A DNA stretch of 63,645 bases, filler included, from Sphacelaria rigidula (Eukaryota), in NCBI GenBank assembly GCA_964200075.2. It is 11 parts of 11 records of this genome, joined end to end, with 100 filler letters (N's around TTAATTAATTAA, not from the genome) between each part and the next. Parts side by side here need not be neighbours in the genome. Positions count along the whole stretch, not along the records: positions 46,361 to 52,055 come from CAXNAA020025192.1; positions 52,156 to 57,850 come from CAXNAA020025193.1; positions 57,951 to 63,645 come from CAXNAA020025194.1; 8 more parts are not named here. One strand, given 5' to 3'. Numbering within the stretch: the stretch's first letter is position 1; every line of letters starts with the position of its first letter. The notes below the pieces were generated by a model, which ran no database searches, had not been told where the DNA came from, and was given only the letters and a program-made list of their open reading frames with translations. Positions 49,181 through 63,345 of the stretch are shown piece after piece. Made by a program: the position numbers and the translations under genes.

Positions 49181-49519
49181 ACTGCTCTGCTCACGCTATC
49201 CCCTCCCCGAAAAAAACGCACTGTTGTTGCTGGCCGTGATTCGGGCCCGACGCCAAAGTGCCCCATCCAACATTCATGAGCAGCACAGCAGAACCGCTCA
49301 AAACAACTTTCGCTCAAGCAACCCAACAGAGGCCCGATATAATACGACAATGGAGCACAACTGACAGAACGAACCCGATGGAAAACGGTTGGAACACCCA
49401 AATCACACAACCATCGTAACACCACGACGAAGTCAGCGTGAGAGGTGCACTCTCTTTTTATGCCGCCCGTCGCCACGGTTTCAAGGTTCGAATCCCAACC
49501 GAAACACTTCTGGGCATGA

Positions 49520-49521
<2 letters not shown>

Positions 49522-49570
<49 letters not shown>
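49522..49570. repeat. (GT)n microsatellite (tail of a family B SINE)
   Basis: Directly abuts the family B body tcatctattctggaccccagtgtacacctttcggtatatgtggg. Confidence 0.9.
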
Positions 49571-49574
<4 letters not shown>

Positions 49575-52155
49575 CATCTCATCTATTCTGGACCCCAGTG
49601 TACACCTTTCGGTATATGTGGGCGCATCAGCCGGGGTCACACAGAAAGAAGGCCGAGACAGAAGTTTTTTTATTTCAATCTTCTTGTCCCGAGGAAGGAG
49701 AGGGGCTCAAAGTGCGACAGCAACAACAAAAAACAGTTTCCGTCGTCGGAAACTCGAGTGGGAATCAAGTCCGGGGTACCAATATGCGAAAGCATGTACC
49801 GCAGGAGACATGGATTGGTCCCACACGAGTATGGACTCTTCTCGAGGGAGTGAAACATTCAAAATCATGACACAGAGCGAAGAAAATACACAAAAGACAT
49901 GGCGTGATCGCTCTACACTACGGAGGTGACGCAAAAAAATGTGACGATTGGGCTGCATAGATGGCTGGCATACATGGATAGAAGCGGTCACACCCGCCCC
50001 CGACTGTAGCGCTCGTGTAAATACGAGACTGCCCCGATTGCACCGCGGCGTAAATCTTGCGAATTTGTACAGGTTGGTTCACACTCATCACTCAAAATCA
50101 TGTCACGTGCCTTTTAAAAAATCCACCCGATAGTCGCATACTTGGTGCCCTTTTGACCGCAATGAACAAACGGAAGAGCTTGCATAGCTGGATTTTTGTT
50201 CAAGACCATAGCGGTGGCGCCAGGGACGAAAAGGTACCTAGACCAATCGCCGCCGTTGAAATTGTTCCGAAAATGCAAACACGACTTTCCAGCGTAATTT
50301 CTATTCAATTTCAACATGCTTCAATCCATAGTAATCGCCATCAGCTCGCGAACGGATTTTGTCTGAATGGCCACTACGGGATCGAGTTACACCCCAAACC
50401 GTGGTATTTCGGAGATTGAGGGTTTTTGCGTCGTCGCATTTCTGCTGATGATAAGACACCAAGACCCAGAGAACCTCCTGACGGTTTTCCTTACATCCGT
50501 CGTAGAAAAGCCCCGGATGCCCACAAACTTGGCAGTTCGGTATAATTGATGCTTAAGTGGAAAAATGTGTTCCTGAAAAATACTCAAAGTTTTCCTGCTC
50601 TTTTCCCGCTTCCGGGGGTCCCAGCGTGAAGACCCCTGGAAGCCGGTACAGAATGACTGAAAAAATGAAGAAAAAAAGTGTGCATGCTGAACTATGCTGA
50701 AAAAACTGGGCAGACTGGATTTGGAGCGGGACAGATTTGTTTGGTAACCACCTATCCCAGGGGATCCATATCGGGAAATGGCTGCACCCCCCCCACCCCC
50801 CGGGCGGTCGAGAATGAGAAAATTACCATATCAAATTGGGAAATACCTTATTCTTCCTATTTCTCCTCTGGTATACGGAATTGAACCATGACTTAGACAT
50901 CTCCGAGTTCGCCTCAACGTGAGCAGCTCCAAACCGAGGAGTTTTGGTGAGTCAGGTGTTCTTGTGGCCATCGAGGAGCAAGTTTGCCGACTGGAAAATG
51001 ACATTTGAGTCGCGGTGATCGCTGGATAATGAATACTGAGTCCCGCTGGCTTTTGCAACACTGTTTGTTACCGACCTGGCACTATCGCAGTGATACGGCC
51101 ACCATGCTGAGGAGGGCGGTGTACGACGAACATTTCTGTACTGCTACTGAATGAAATGCACATGCAGTAAGTTGAGTGTGCGATGTTACCAGCCGACACG
51201 AAAATGTTCTGATACTAGAGAAGTTCACAATGTGTGAATTGCAGATGATCACGAAATTCGCCCGCGTTTGGGGAGACAGCCGTGTTCATACAACGCTTAT
51301 ATCGACACATCGCAATTCATACTGCACACAAAAAAGGGAGAGGTTGCAAAGGAAAATGTTGTGAACGTGGTGTGGCGAAACGGAGTACCCAACATCGACG
51401 TAGCGACAGTTATGAAATGTAATTGGCGTGATATCAAAGGGTATGACTCATACCCTTTGCGTGAGATTAATACACATGCGGTGCAGTGCAGCAACTCCTA
51501 TCGCCATCATCCAGCGATCAGGATGGTACCCCCCACCGATGAAATCGTGTACCCCACCCTCTATCCTCCTCCAACCTTGTGTGGGAATGTGGTCTGCTGA
51601 TTTTCTTCGCCAGTTATCGGGGGTCCCAGAAGGGCATATGACTCCGCAGGATCCTGGAACCCCGGATATTTGTTAAAAAAAAAAACATTCACAAAAAAAT
51701 TGCGATGTTCCGTGGTATATGTGTGCAATTTGTCACTGTCTAACGGCAAGAATTGACGTGAAAATGCGCATGAGTGAATCTTGAGGGACCAGCGTGACCT
51801 AGCCTGTATGCGCATCTCATTCATTGGCTGTGCGACATACACCTTCCATGTTTTAATCCTGCTCAACCATGGAAATATATGAATACTGGAGCATTTGACC
51901 GTCCTGAGATGTGTGTTGTGTTGTGTTGTCCCATCCATTGGGACGCTGGTCTACACCTTTCGGTATATGTGGGCGCATCAGCCGGGGTCACACAGGAGGA
52001 AGGTCAACACAGGAGCTTTTCCTTTATTATTTGTTTTTAGTACCCCACCTTCCTTNNNNNNNNNNNNNNNNNNNNNNNNNNNNNNNNNNNNNNNNNNNNT
52101 TAATTAATTAANNNNNNNNNNNNNNNNNNNNNNNNNNNNNNNNNNNNNNNNNNNN

Positions 52156-53420
52156 TGTAGGGATGCGAGGTCAATGGTCTTATCACTATGGCATGTATGA
52201 TGATGAGTACACCCTCCACCCTGCCCCCCCTGGACGGCATACAAGAGCATGAGTACACCCCTGCCTCTCCCCCATGCGGGTTAGCGTCGGTTGGCAACGA
52301 CGTTGTAGGACACGCCACTCACTGCGGAAGCAAAGCGACCAGGTTATTGTTTTGTATTTCGCTCGCGTTTGATTTCCGGTCGGTAACCATGAACGATGGT
52401 CGAGTTAGATCATATTGTGCGGGGTAGGGAACCTCCATTCTGCGTAAAGGGGATGATCGTAGTACGCAGTGATTAAGAAGCGAGACATCCATGAGGCGGT
52501 TTGTTACCCGTGACTTTCGCTGAAAGAGGCGATGCCAGAAAATGAAGCTATTCATTGGAGGCTGTCATCGATTTGCAAGAGATGTGTACGCTTGGGGCCG
52601 AACAATCGAAGCAGGGTGCAGCTCACCTTTAGTGCGACTCGGCGAACACACCACGGTGCTTCGCGCTTGGTGATGCGAGCCTGGTCCGGCGAAAACCCGG
52701 CGTGGTCCGTCCCAGCTTTGTAGGAATTCGAGGTCAATGATCTTACGACTACGGTATGCAAGGTCGTGAGTACCCGCTCCCCCCCGGCGGTTCAGCATAG
52801 TGCGGTGAAAATCCGGCGTGGTCCGTCCCGGCTTCGTAGGGACGGACCCCCCACGGGGTTGGTGTCGGCTGGCAATGACGTTGTTAAACACTTCACTCAC
52901 TGCGTTAGCAGGCAATCAGGTTGCCGTTTGTTTTGCGCGCATGCGCTTTTTTGCCCGGAAGCCATGATGGTGGTCGAGCTAGATTCTACTGTGCGGGATG
53001 GTAGGACCTTAATTGCGCGCGAAGGAGATCGTCATTCTATGTGGTGTTTCAATAGTGAGACAGACATGAGGCAGTGTGTACGCCGTGGCTGTCTGTCTGT
53101 GGAAGTGGTGATACCAGAAAATGAACCAACTCGTTGGAGGCTGTTATCCAAATGCAAAATAACCAGTATGCTCCGGGCAAAATAATCTTAGTAGGATGCA
53201 GCTCGCCCTTCATGCGAGCTGCCGAGCACGTCAAGGCGCTTCGCGCTTGGTGATTGATGCGAGCCTTGTCCGGAGAAAACCCCAGCGTGCTCCACCCCGG
53301 CTTTGTAGGGATGCGAGGTCTAATGTTTCTTTGCGTGGCGGGGGGGGGGTACTCATGATCAAACATTCTAGTGTAAGAAGTCGTCAATATCATCCCGCGT
53401 GGCGCAATCATTCGAGTTGG
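52156..53420 (+). repeat. Satellite-like family, about 2 tandem units (~580-bp period)
   Basis: catgaggc.gt.tgt...gat.ccagaaaatgaa.c at ~52490-52550 and again at ~53066-53130. Confidence 0.85.
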
Positions 53421-53609
53421 GGGCAGTACAGTAGTGACAGTGCTTATGTTCGATCGTATTTCGGACACTAGAATGGAAGGTGGCCTTGTACAGAATTTGG
53501 TGCGTCTCGTGCGCAGGCGTTTGCAAAACCCCCCGCGGTCGTTTTGTGCGCTGTTGAGGTGGCTATCGTTAAGCCGATATCCTCACATTCCACGTCCCAT
53601 ATTCATTTT

Positions 53610-53666
53610 TATATTCATGTATGTATGTACGTATCATTATTTTTATTTTTATTTTTATTTTATCTT

Positions 53667-53700
<34 letters not shown>

Positions 53701-54066
53701 ATTATTGTGATGATGATGATGATGATGATCATCATCATCATCATCATCATCATTATTATCATTATCATCATTATTTGTCGCACTTTGAAACCCCTCCGTT
53801 TCCTCGGGACGAGTCTGTGGTCTCAAGGGATCAACCCATCTCTCCCCGGTACATGCCTTGCATTTTGGTCTCTTGGATTGGGTCAGCACTCGCGCACCGC
53901 GCCAACTCACGTCGAAACCAACTCAGTCAACTACTTGACTCACTCACGTTCTCACGCTTCCCACGGTGGAAATCAGATACTACGAAGAAAAAACCCAACG
54001 CATCGGGAATCGGATCTTCGTTTTCTGCACCCTGATGACGACAGTCGGACCATTACACCACCGGAG
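53610..54066 (-). mobile_element. tRNA-derived SINE, family A, with expanded compound trinucleotide tail
   Basis: Reverse complement of 7546-7854. The tail at 53635-53775 is (TTTTTA)n(TAT)n(GAT)n(CAT)n on the plus strand. Confidence 0.82.
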
Positions 54067-55664
54067 AGCGGCAACTTACACCATCATACTTACCTCATTA
54101 TTTCCGATTGGCATGTCGCCGAGTTTGTCGAGGATGGTGTCCTAGGCACAGATTGACGCTGCTGTGTGTGAAAGGCATGGAGGTTAGTTAGAAGGACCGG
54201 TGTAAGGTGAGGTGTCTGAGCTAGAATGCACGCAGCGACATATTTTCAGTATTTGGTATAATCGACAGGTCAGACAGGTGCATTCTTCTTGTTTGTTTGT
54301 TTTCATGATGCACAGCCTTGCTGCTGTACGCCAGCATCCTCCAATATGCAAATCAGACTCAACACATGAGCGATCCTCGGTAAGGTTGTGCTCTAGTTTG
54401 ACGTCAGCATAATGCTGGTCGTGACTTGTGCACGGATAACTGATGACACGTGGTGTTCGTGTAGCAGGGCTCCTATATTTGTTCGTGTATCCGATTGGTG
54501 TCGTCTATCTCTGAAAAACAACAATACTGATCCCCTCCGGGAAAGCCTGTTCGTTTCGCGTCCGACAATGGGTCCAGGCGGTGAAGAGTTGGAGTCGGCT
54601 TGAACCCCTTACGGGTCAGTTTGATGAGCAAGACACCTCTTGATGCTGACACATACCGGCCCTCATGTGGGGCCTCGCCCCCTGGATGCTTCTTGTGTTG
54701 CGTCTTTTTGGATAGGTGGTCAGCCTGATAATGGACCTGAGGAGACTGGCTCTTCGACGCGAGGGCAGCTTGAAGGTGAAGGACAAGAGGGCTTCCATTT
54801 CTGCCGGGAAGTCCAGAGCAGAGAAGATCAAGCTGCGTAGCCGGTGAGCGGATGCCTCCTAGACATCTGCTTGGGTGTGATTGGATAACCCCGTCTCCCT
54901 GGAACCAGCTCCGTCTCGAAAGGGATGCGCGATTAATGGTAAAAAAACTAAGGGAAGCGAAGAAATGAGTACTCTTTCCTCCCAAAAAGCAAAAGACAAA
55001 AACAAGGGAAAGTACCCAAGGACTCTGCTGAACGGTCCTGACAACCCCCTGTATGTTCCGTGATGAGCGGGTTCGGGCCACTTGCCAAACTCCCACACCT
55101 TTCCTCCCTGAGCCTAAACAACATCTCAAGCGCCCAGTATCATGATTACCCAGAAGAACAGAAAAGCCATATCTACAGAATGTACTATTCAATCGTTGCG
55201 TGTGTATATCCGGGACTGTGCGTGGATCAAAATTCGCACGACCCTTGGGGGGAAAAAATCGTGTGCCCTGCTCCGCCTCGCCGTCCCCGAAAAAGTCCGA
55301 GATTATTAAATTTCTTACGGACATCACGCCGAATTATCCGGTAAGAAAACATTTTGTTTTGTTTTTTCTCCCAAAATTCAGAGCGCACTGTAGCGGATGA
55401 GCTGCCGTCACGTTCATCCTTCAATGTTTTCGATAGTTGGTGTCGATTCCTAGATTTTCCAGCGGATTTTTCTCGTAAACACCAGATAAACCAGAGCATG
55501 TCATTCGCACTGCAGTTTCGGTGACATCCTCTGGTCAGGGCAATGCTTCACTATGAGGTGTTTCGCTTCATGGTAATGGAGTATGAGGCACTGGAGCCCG
55601 TTTCTCCGGTTGGAATCTTTTTGCTTGGCAATTTGCTGCTATAACAAGTTCATATTTGTTATGT

Positions 55665-55742
<78 letters not shown>
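55665..55742. repeat. (GTT)n microsatellite, about 26 units
   Basis: Direct reading. Confidence 0.95.
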
Positions 55743-55743
<1 letters not shown>

Positions 55744-57651
55744 ACTGTAGTCATGTCATGTCATTCCGTGGGCGACCGGAAAATTACATCGTGGTCGATT
55801 TTTCGTTTGCAACCCCTTTTCAGGGCTATGCCTGAGTTCGAGATCTTCCACTCCATGGTGGGACAAGCAGCGCTAGGGGAATCGGCACACGAGATGATGG
55901 TCAATACGGAACAGTTTTATTCTTCGTCGGGTGCTGACGGCGGCGGCGACGCTGGTGAGAGCTGATTTTTCGTTGCAATTACTCGTCCTTTGTTTTTCCC
56001 TCCATGGAGGTTCTCCCTCCCTGCTCCCCCAGGGGTTAGCATCGGTTGGCATCGATGCTGCCAAACACGCCTCTCCATGTAAGCTTGGCAACCAGGTCGA
56101 GACACGAGAAAGAAAAAGAAGAAACAAGTACATGCATACGTTGAGGTCTTTGTTTTACATTAGATATACAGGCTGAAGTGTGGTCACCCAAGGCGATATG
56201 ACGTGGTTGTGTTTGCTTCTCCGACCTGAGCCGTTTTACGGTTGGGGGCGTTGATGGCAGTTAGAGGAATGAATGCGCATTCGTTCGATTTACGATTCAC
56301 GAAGATTTCGAAGGTTCCCGTTTGGATTGGGCAGCCGTGGTTCTGGTTTCAGAGATTTTTGGGCGTGAACTTTCCATTGGTGGGGTGCGCTTTTGAGGGC
56401 AATATCCGAGTGCGGTGTTTTATCATGAAATCATAATGATGCCGTTCTCTTACGAAAGTAATTGCGATTCTTTTGGGTTCGTTTTTCGCACCTGATTAAC
56501 GTTTATTGTTGGCTTCATTTCACTCGTGGACATCATACCATCCACGTGAGCGCGTATTGAACACCTACATGCACATATATACCAGAAAGTTGCGACTAGG
56601 TCACATGAAACTGTTTTGCCGGTAATGATGAACGAGATACCCCAAGGTGTTCTCATTCGCCCTAGGTATAGACGGATATTCTGTACCGTAGGAAGCCGGT
56701 AGGGCATGCTGATGGGAGGGATGGAGCATTCTGCTAAACTACTCACCACCCGGCTCACGAGCAAACCCTTACCTTCAATAACGAGAGAGACAGAAACAGA
56801 GACAGAGACAGACAGACAAAGACATTATGAGAGAGTCTCGATATACAAAGTATGAGTCCCGCTTCAATGAACGAGCGTTTCTTGTTTGTTCTGTTTCCAT
56901 CTTCAGACGTGATTCTACCGTTGGGGGGCCGCGATTCTGACGGTGGGATCGAGGTGTGGCAGGACTGGACAGCCCTACCGGTCGTGGCAGGGGACGATGG
57001 AGAGGACGACAGTAGCGACGGCGAGGTGTGTTGATTCATTCGTTGTGGTCGTCCGTGAGGCCCTGCGCATACGTTGCGCTGCGCTGTGGGTACAAACAAG
57101 TACAGCTCTACTCAAAGCACGTTGGTGAGCGGGCGGCGAGGTGTACGAACTTACGTTTTTTTCGGGTGCGTCATGAGATCTGTGTGGAGTTGGGGTTTGT
57201 GCTAGGGTTATCGTTAGAACATGACCAGAGTATACTGTACTTTTTATCGCGTCGTGCATTGAAAATCGAACTTAATATGTGCGACGGTGTTGAGGGTTTT
57301 CGTTCCTGGTCGCCCGGGTCTGTTCATGAAATTACCCGCACGTCTTGAATTCTCTTCATTTTTTATCGTTTTTTTTTTAAGAGTTGGAGTGTGGGCGACG
57401 ACGGATTGCATTTTTGAGCGAAATCATGCCAGGTATGTCGTAGAGACGATGGGAGGACGCCGTATTTACAGCCCAAGGCATGAAAACCGTAGGGCATCTC
57501 GCTAGGCCATGATTCGCTGGATTGTCTACTGTGTCATATGTAAGGTTAATCTATGCTCATGCTCTGTTTCTCAGTTGACTACTTTTGTTATATTTTTTAC
57601 CTTACTTATCTTCTCCTTTAGCGATCGTCTCCGCTTTACCTTGGATACGTC

Positions 57652-57733
57652 TATCTTGTGGATATTGACCACGATCTTGTGGGTAATGACCACGATCTTG
57701 TGGATAATGACCACAATCTTGTGGATAATGACA
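57652..57733. repeat. 21-bp minisatellite, about 4 copies
   Basis: atcttgtggatattgaccacg / atcttgtgggtaatgaccacg / atcttgtggataatgaccaca / atcttgtggataatgac. Confidence 0.9.
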
Positions 57734-58240
57734 ATGACTGGGCCCCTCGGGGATCAGTCAATGTGTGACAGGTGATTAACCCTTTGGGAACCCTCCCCTC
57801 CCGTCCCCGGGCCAGACGCCTCATTATTAGAAGCCTCGACAAAGAAGGAANNNNNNNNNNNNNNNNNNNNNNNNNNNNNNNNNNNNNNNNNNNNTTAATT
57901 AATTAANNNNNNNNNNNNNNNNNNNNNNNNNNNNNNNNNNNNNNNNNNNNGCTGATGCGCCCACATATCCCGAAAGGGGTAGACTGGCACCCAGAATAAA
58001 TGGGACGACAACACACACAACACAATACCCAATACCGAATTCTAATAATGAGCGCCAAAATGTTGGAGATACCTCTAATAGGTGAAAGAACGGTGCTTCT
58101 TCTCGAATGGGATGCGTGGTCACTGGTCAAACGACTAATGCCAGCAACAAATGAGTACCCCCCCTCCAGCTACCGGTGTACTGCTCAGTATACATTTACG
58201 GCCCCCATCCTCACAAACGAATCCTCTTCGAAAAAATCAC

Positions 58241-58570
58241 CTGTCCACCGATGCTATTCCCCGAGAGGATCAGATTGGTCAGCACGCGGTTGTGCTCCAG
58301 CCCCCCGCGACAGATCGCTTGCACACCCACATCGTCCACGAAGCTTCGACTGAGGTCAAGCACAACCAGGCGCGGGGGTGCACCCTTAAGGGTAACTGCC
58401 AACGATCTCGGTCCAACCAGGCTTCGCCGACCCCGACCGGCAGCGGTTACGCCGCACAGACCGGCCCGGGAGAGCCTGAGTCGCGCCAAGCGAGGATTCT
58501 TGGCCGCGAGACGGCACACGATGGGGTAGTCCAGTGTTGCCGAAAGAGCTTGTCCACTGAGGTCGATGGT
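58241..58570 (-). CDS. RNI-like leucine-rich repeat protein (NLRC3-like repeats), internal exon
   Basis: ttag|ACC acceptor and CAG|gtgatt donor; 330 bp, phase 0-0. Encodes TIDLSGQALSATLDYPIVCRLAAKNPRLARLRLS...LVVLDLSRSFVDDVGVQAICRGGLEHNRVLTNLILSGNSIGGQ. Confidence 0.85.
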
Positions 58571-59512
58571 CTAAGGATGGTGAAGTGAAAGGAAAAAAAA
58601 AGGAGAGGAGGGAGGGGTAGGGGGGTACATTGTAACTCTTCAGGCATCAAACCTCTTTTCGGAACAACATCACCGGTTGACTTCCAACGCAAAGAAACCC
58701 AACGCTTGAGATAAGTCCTTCTGCACTGTCCGCGAGCACGGTCTCCTGTGATGACACACCGTATATTTTGTCGTTCTCAATTTCTGACTCACTTACATTG
58801 TCAACCAAAAGTATTTTTTTCTTTTCATTGTCAGAGGTCCATCGAGGGTCCATCTGAGGGGGTTCGAGCCCGAAGGGTCGAAAGGATAACGCTTTTAACG
58901 TGTCCAAATCATCCGTATGAAACATGGGCTCTATCGCACACGCCATGTAGATACTTTCCATCAAAACCCCTTTCCCCCCACGAGACGGTGATTTTGGACA
59001 TTGTTCTCTTCACAACTCCTGCACTCACCCCTTACCGTAAAGGGGGCGGGGGAGAAGCAGGGCCCTGTCATGTTATTCCATACCACAACTGACACTTGTA
59101 GTACATCATGTGTGGGAGCAAATGCGGGACGATGGGAAACAATAGGCTAGAAAGTCGAACTTTCAGTTGCTTCAGCCGGTATTCGTTATGCACTGTAGCC
59201 CTTCGCTTGTACCTTTGGCTCTCTCTGACGCCACCGGCGGTGTAAGCGCAAAAACACGCGCGCAGACTAGAATATAGTCAATTTATGGGGTGAGGTACAA
59301 GCATATCCTGCACTATGATAATGAAAAGACACAGAGAATGTTGGCTCACCCCCCTGGAGGTCGACCGCGCGAAAACGAGCACGGACATGAAGCCGGCAGG
59401 CACTGCCGATTTCAACAAGTCCGTCTTCGGACGTGCTGTTACTTCAATATTCCGTACATCGCACAGCAAGGGTCCACACAGCGGAAGTAGATATTGCTTG
59501 TATGTAAGTCAC

Positions 59513-60022
59513 CTGCAGCCCCCTGGAGGATGAAGACACACCATCGCCGGCACCAGCTCCACTGCCGTCACCCGCCTCCATTCCCTGCAAAATCTGCGGT
59601 TGCAGCTCCTGCTTGTTCACGACAAGCTTTTGAAGCCACAAGTTTCCCACCAAGGCGTCGCCAAACACAGCAGCCCCAACTTCAGTGATGCCGGTATTTG
59701 CCAGAGATATCCTCTCGAGCCTCGAGCCCCCCTCCGGAGACAGGGCCCCCGCCAACGAAATCGCTCCCTCGTCTCCGACATCGTTGCCGTCTAACGATAG
59801 GTGCCGCAGGCTCTGGTTTGCGCTGAGCGCCGCCGCCAGAAACTTGGCGCCGGCTGCACCGATCCGATTTTTCTCGAGATTGAGGCTAACCAGGTTGCGG
59901 TTCATAAACAGGGCATCTGCCAGTAGAGCACATCCCTGTGGGTTGAGCACTGTGTTGGCCAGGCTCACGTCTCGGAGGGTGGTGTTGAATTTTATCACCT
60001 CGGCCAGAGCCGCCGTGCCCAC
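59513..60022 (-). CDS. RNI-like leucine-rich repeat protein (NLRC3-like repeats), internal exon
   Basis: acag|GTG acceptor and CAG|gtgact donor; 510 bp, phase 0-0. 28-aa repeats such as LVSLNLEKNRIGAAGAKFLAAALSANQSLRHLSLDGNDVGDEGAISLAGAL. Confidence 0.9.
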
Positions 60023-62621
60023 CTGTTTTGTTTGTTCGAAAAACGCGTGTGCACGTTGACCGTGTCAAGCAGTATGGTGAGGAGACGAGCGTACGCCGAG
60101 CGGCAGATAGATGTTCAGATTTGTTTGGGTGCGCACCATCTGTAAGCGATGGTGCCCGAGAAAAACCCAGCGACGATTATAGCTGACCTTCATCTTCACC
60201 TCAACCCTTCCAAACGAACACAATCATGAACGGTGTGCGATTTCTAGAGTTGGAATCGACGTCGTTAGCACTGAGGGCGAGCCAAACGCCAGCACGTTGG
60301 CGCATGTCTCAGGATCGCCGCGGCATGCTGAACTTGACCGTGAGAACATTCCGGATTTCTTCACTCCTCACGGACATATAGTGATATCTCAGCACTACCG
60401 GAGGAGTAATCATCCGTGTCATCATCCAGGCAACGATGTAAGTTCGAAATACTGCAAGGTTGTGTTGTGTAGGGTATACCGGCTTGAATTCGGGTACGGT
60501 ATTTGCAGAAGCACTGAAGAGGTATTTTATCGGCAAATTCCCTCCCGATCTACGCCGGATTGTTCGACACACGTTTCGGGGTAATCTAGTACGCCAACCA
60601 AAACTCCCCCACTTCCGGGTGTATTCTACAGAACGCGACCTTGAAATGTTGCAACGATGCACTGTACTGTACTGTCTGTAGCGTTCACCTTTGCATACGC
60701 TCGTGTGCGTTAGTAAGTACAGTCAATAGTAAGCAGCACTTGTCCGTGCGTGATCGATCGGACACCGATTGATTGATTGATTGATTGATTGATTGTCGCA
60801 CCTTAAGTGACCACCCATGGGTCCAGCCCTGGTCGCATGATAGACGTACCCAAGGCAAAACTGAAACACTCGTTCAAGACAACGAAGGAGCAGAAAAAAA
60901 GTCGAACAGAATGAAATAGTAGACCAAGACGTGTGAAAAAAAATAAAAAAATAAAAAGTCAACAAAAGCGAAGCACAGAAAGAGATGGCCGACCTCAAAA
61001 AAGAAAAAAGGAATCAAGTAATTAAAAAAAAGGAAAAAACGAATACGACGATTATGACGGGCGACAGGGTATAGCGACCTGTGGTATACTAGGACGCAGT
61101 ACTCGTGCAAGTACCGAGGGTATATTTCGGCCACTCGGGACCTGCGTGGTGCTTTCGAGGCAACCATATGTTTTGTGTGCGCCGTGAACACGTAAAAACG
61201 ATATGATCCATGCGTCGGCAGGTCAAGTGTTGGATTGCGACGATAGCTGAAGAGTACAGTCGATCTGCTAGGTTGTGCCTGTTTCCTGTGTACTTCGTGT
61301 GCATCTGTACTACTATACTGTACTGTACTATGCGATTTTAGGGCCCGTTTTAACGATACCAGAGACGTGAGGACGCGACGTGAGAGTGATGGTGATTCTG
61401 GAGGTTTGGGATATATATATATATATGTGCGTTTCCGACTGGTTGTGAATTGATTCCAGATTCCCATCTCCCCCGAAATCACTCTCACAAAAATAAATAG
61501 TTTAGGAATTGATTCTTGTGAGAGCGGATGAAAATTCGCGTGAAAATGCGAAGAGGAATGTCAAATCGTTGCAAGGCGTGGGCTGTTCGGCTCTTCATGG
61601 GGCGCACAGCTGACTTTCCCATCACCAGCAGTAGCCACGCGTGGCAGGCACACCCGACGTGCACAGCTCCCACAGAGAGATGTGCACAGATATATCTCCC
61701 AGAACTTCGCCGAGTGAGGAAGCATGGACCCACCAGCGGGTAGTACGGACCAGCGATTCCCAGCACGGTGGCAGTCACGCGCAAGGTGCATGAGCCTTGC
61801 CGCACGGTCGAAATGCTGACTGTCTCTCGCGCGCCAAAGAGCAGCAGCAGCAGCAGCAGCAGCAGTATCGGCACCAGCTGAATCAGCCTTACCCTCCGAC
61901 CGTACACATCTACTGGTGGTAAAAGGTGCAGCTACTGCTGCTGCTGCTACTACTGCTTCTTCTGACGCGGGAGGCGGTCCGCATTTTGTCCTGCGACAAT
62001 GCCTATACACGCTACGCGTAATTGTCGTCCTGCTTGAAATCGCTGGTCTGTTCGCGTGTTGCAACCGTCACTACATTTTCAGTACGTATCACTTGTTTCC
62101 CCCCGTAGATTGGTACGGCGCGTGATTTCTCGTGAAAATGAAGTTGTCAAGCGTCATTTCACTATCGCCCTCACAAAATAACTCCCACTTTTCTTTTCGT
62201 TAACCCGTAGACACCGAGCGTCGCCTCGGATTAATTTCACAGGCTGACAGTCCGGAGACACCCGGGGGTTTCCAGGGAAGGGGGGTCTGTCCGCGGAGCA
62301 GTCGGAAAGCTCACGAGGTCAACCATGTGTGTTTGGAAGTTTCCCGCGGAAGATTCGAAGCACAGAACGAGGCCTGAGAGGCGCGGAATGGCCATTCTGA
62401 TCAATCATCGCTGTCCAAATGGTCAACTTGTTCTCCTCCAGGTGGACTACTTCGCTGCCTAGCCGTATTTCTCAATCTGGTCATGCCAAATCAACTATAG
62501 ACGACACGGGCACAAATGCCGTGCTTTTTACTCTGCTCGTGGTCTATGCCGCCTGCCTGACCCCTCATGTGTTGCCAGCATATCTTAACACTGTCTGTAG
62601 TGTTGTGGAGCCCAATTTTTT

Positions 62622-63345
62622 TGAGACCGGGCCTCCAGAACGATCAATGAGGCTGGTCAGGAATGACGTGTCTGGCGTCTGCACGAAACAGTGGCATGTT
62701 GCTGGCAATCCGCGTATGTAACGGCAGGGTTATGACGAAGACCGAAAGTTCCATCCAATCCATTTTCAGGTGCAGGGTGCGCATTAGGTGGTGTACATCT
62801 AATGTGGCAAGCAGAATGGATCGCGATAAAGAGCTACCAACAGGATGCGGCGACCGGGGGGCCGCCCGCCACTTCTGGCTTTGGATGGTACTTTTGTCCC
62901 CATCACCTTGCCAAACAGCCCTTTGTGATCGGGGCGGGCCGCCATTGTCCCATTTGTTGCATGCGGCAAATTCTCTTCGAAGGGTATCAGCGTTGCGGCG
63001 CGCATGCATACAACAGTATAGTACAGTACAGTACAGTACAGTACAGTACGCCTCTCGGACTGAAGCAGCAGCTGCCGCTGCATACTCCCTTGCACGTTCT
63101 GGGCAATCCTCAGCTATTGAGATCAACTGCCTATATACCACTTCTTCACCCCCGCCCACTGCATACATTTTAATTACAAACTGCAAGTCATCGGCAGAAG
63201 GATAAGCAGGATTCATGACGGTAGCTCCTTTTGTCTTTCCACGGCCCACCTGGGTTTAGTGCCTTGTGAGAATGACCATATTGTAGCGTGTACAATCCTT
63301 CCCGGTTTTTCCGGTCCACCCTGTGTTAGTGTCTTTATTACGTTT
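62622..63345 (-). repeat. Dispersed repeat with coding-like conserved frame (copy 2; ORF 62644-63249)
   Basis: Homologous to 5880-6322. A 201-aa open frame includes an in-frame (GTACA)n expansion at ~63015-63048. Confidence 0.75.

Noticed and set aside
53434..54156. 240-aa ORF with poly-Ile/Met
   Set aside because: It reads through a microsatellite and an antisense SINE.
54473..55327. 284-aa minus-strand ORF
   Set aside because: No recognisable motif, composition suggests a shadow frame, and it overlaps dispersed repeat fragments.
57652..57733. CRISPR-like short repeats
   Set aside because: Contiguous 21-bp minisatellite with no spacers.
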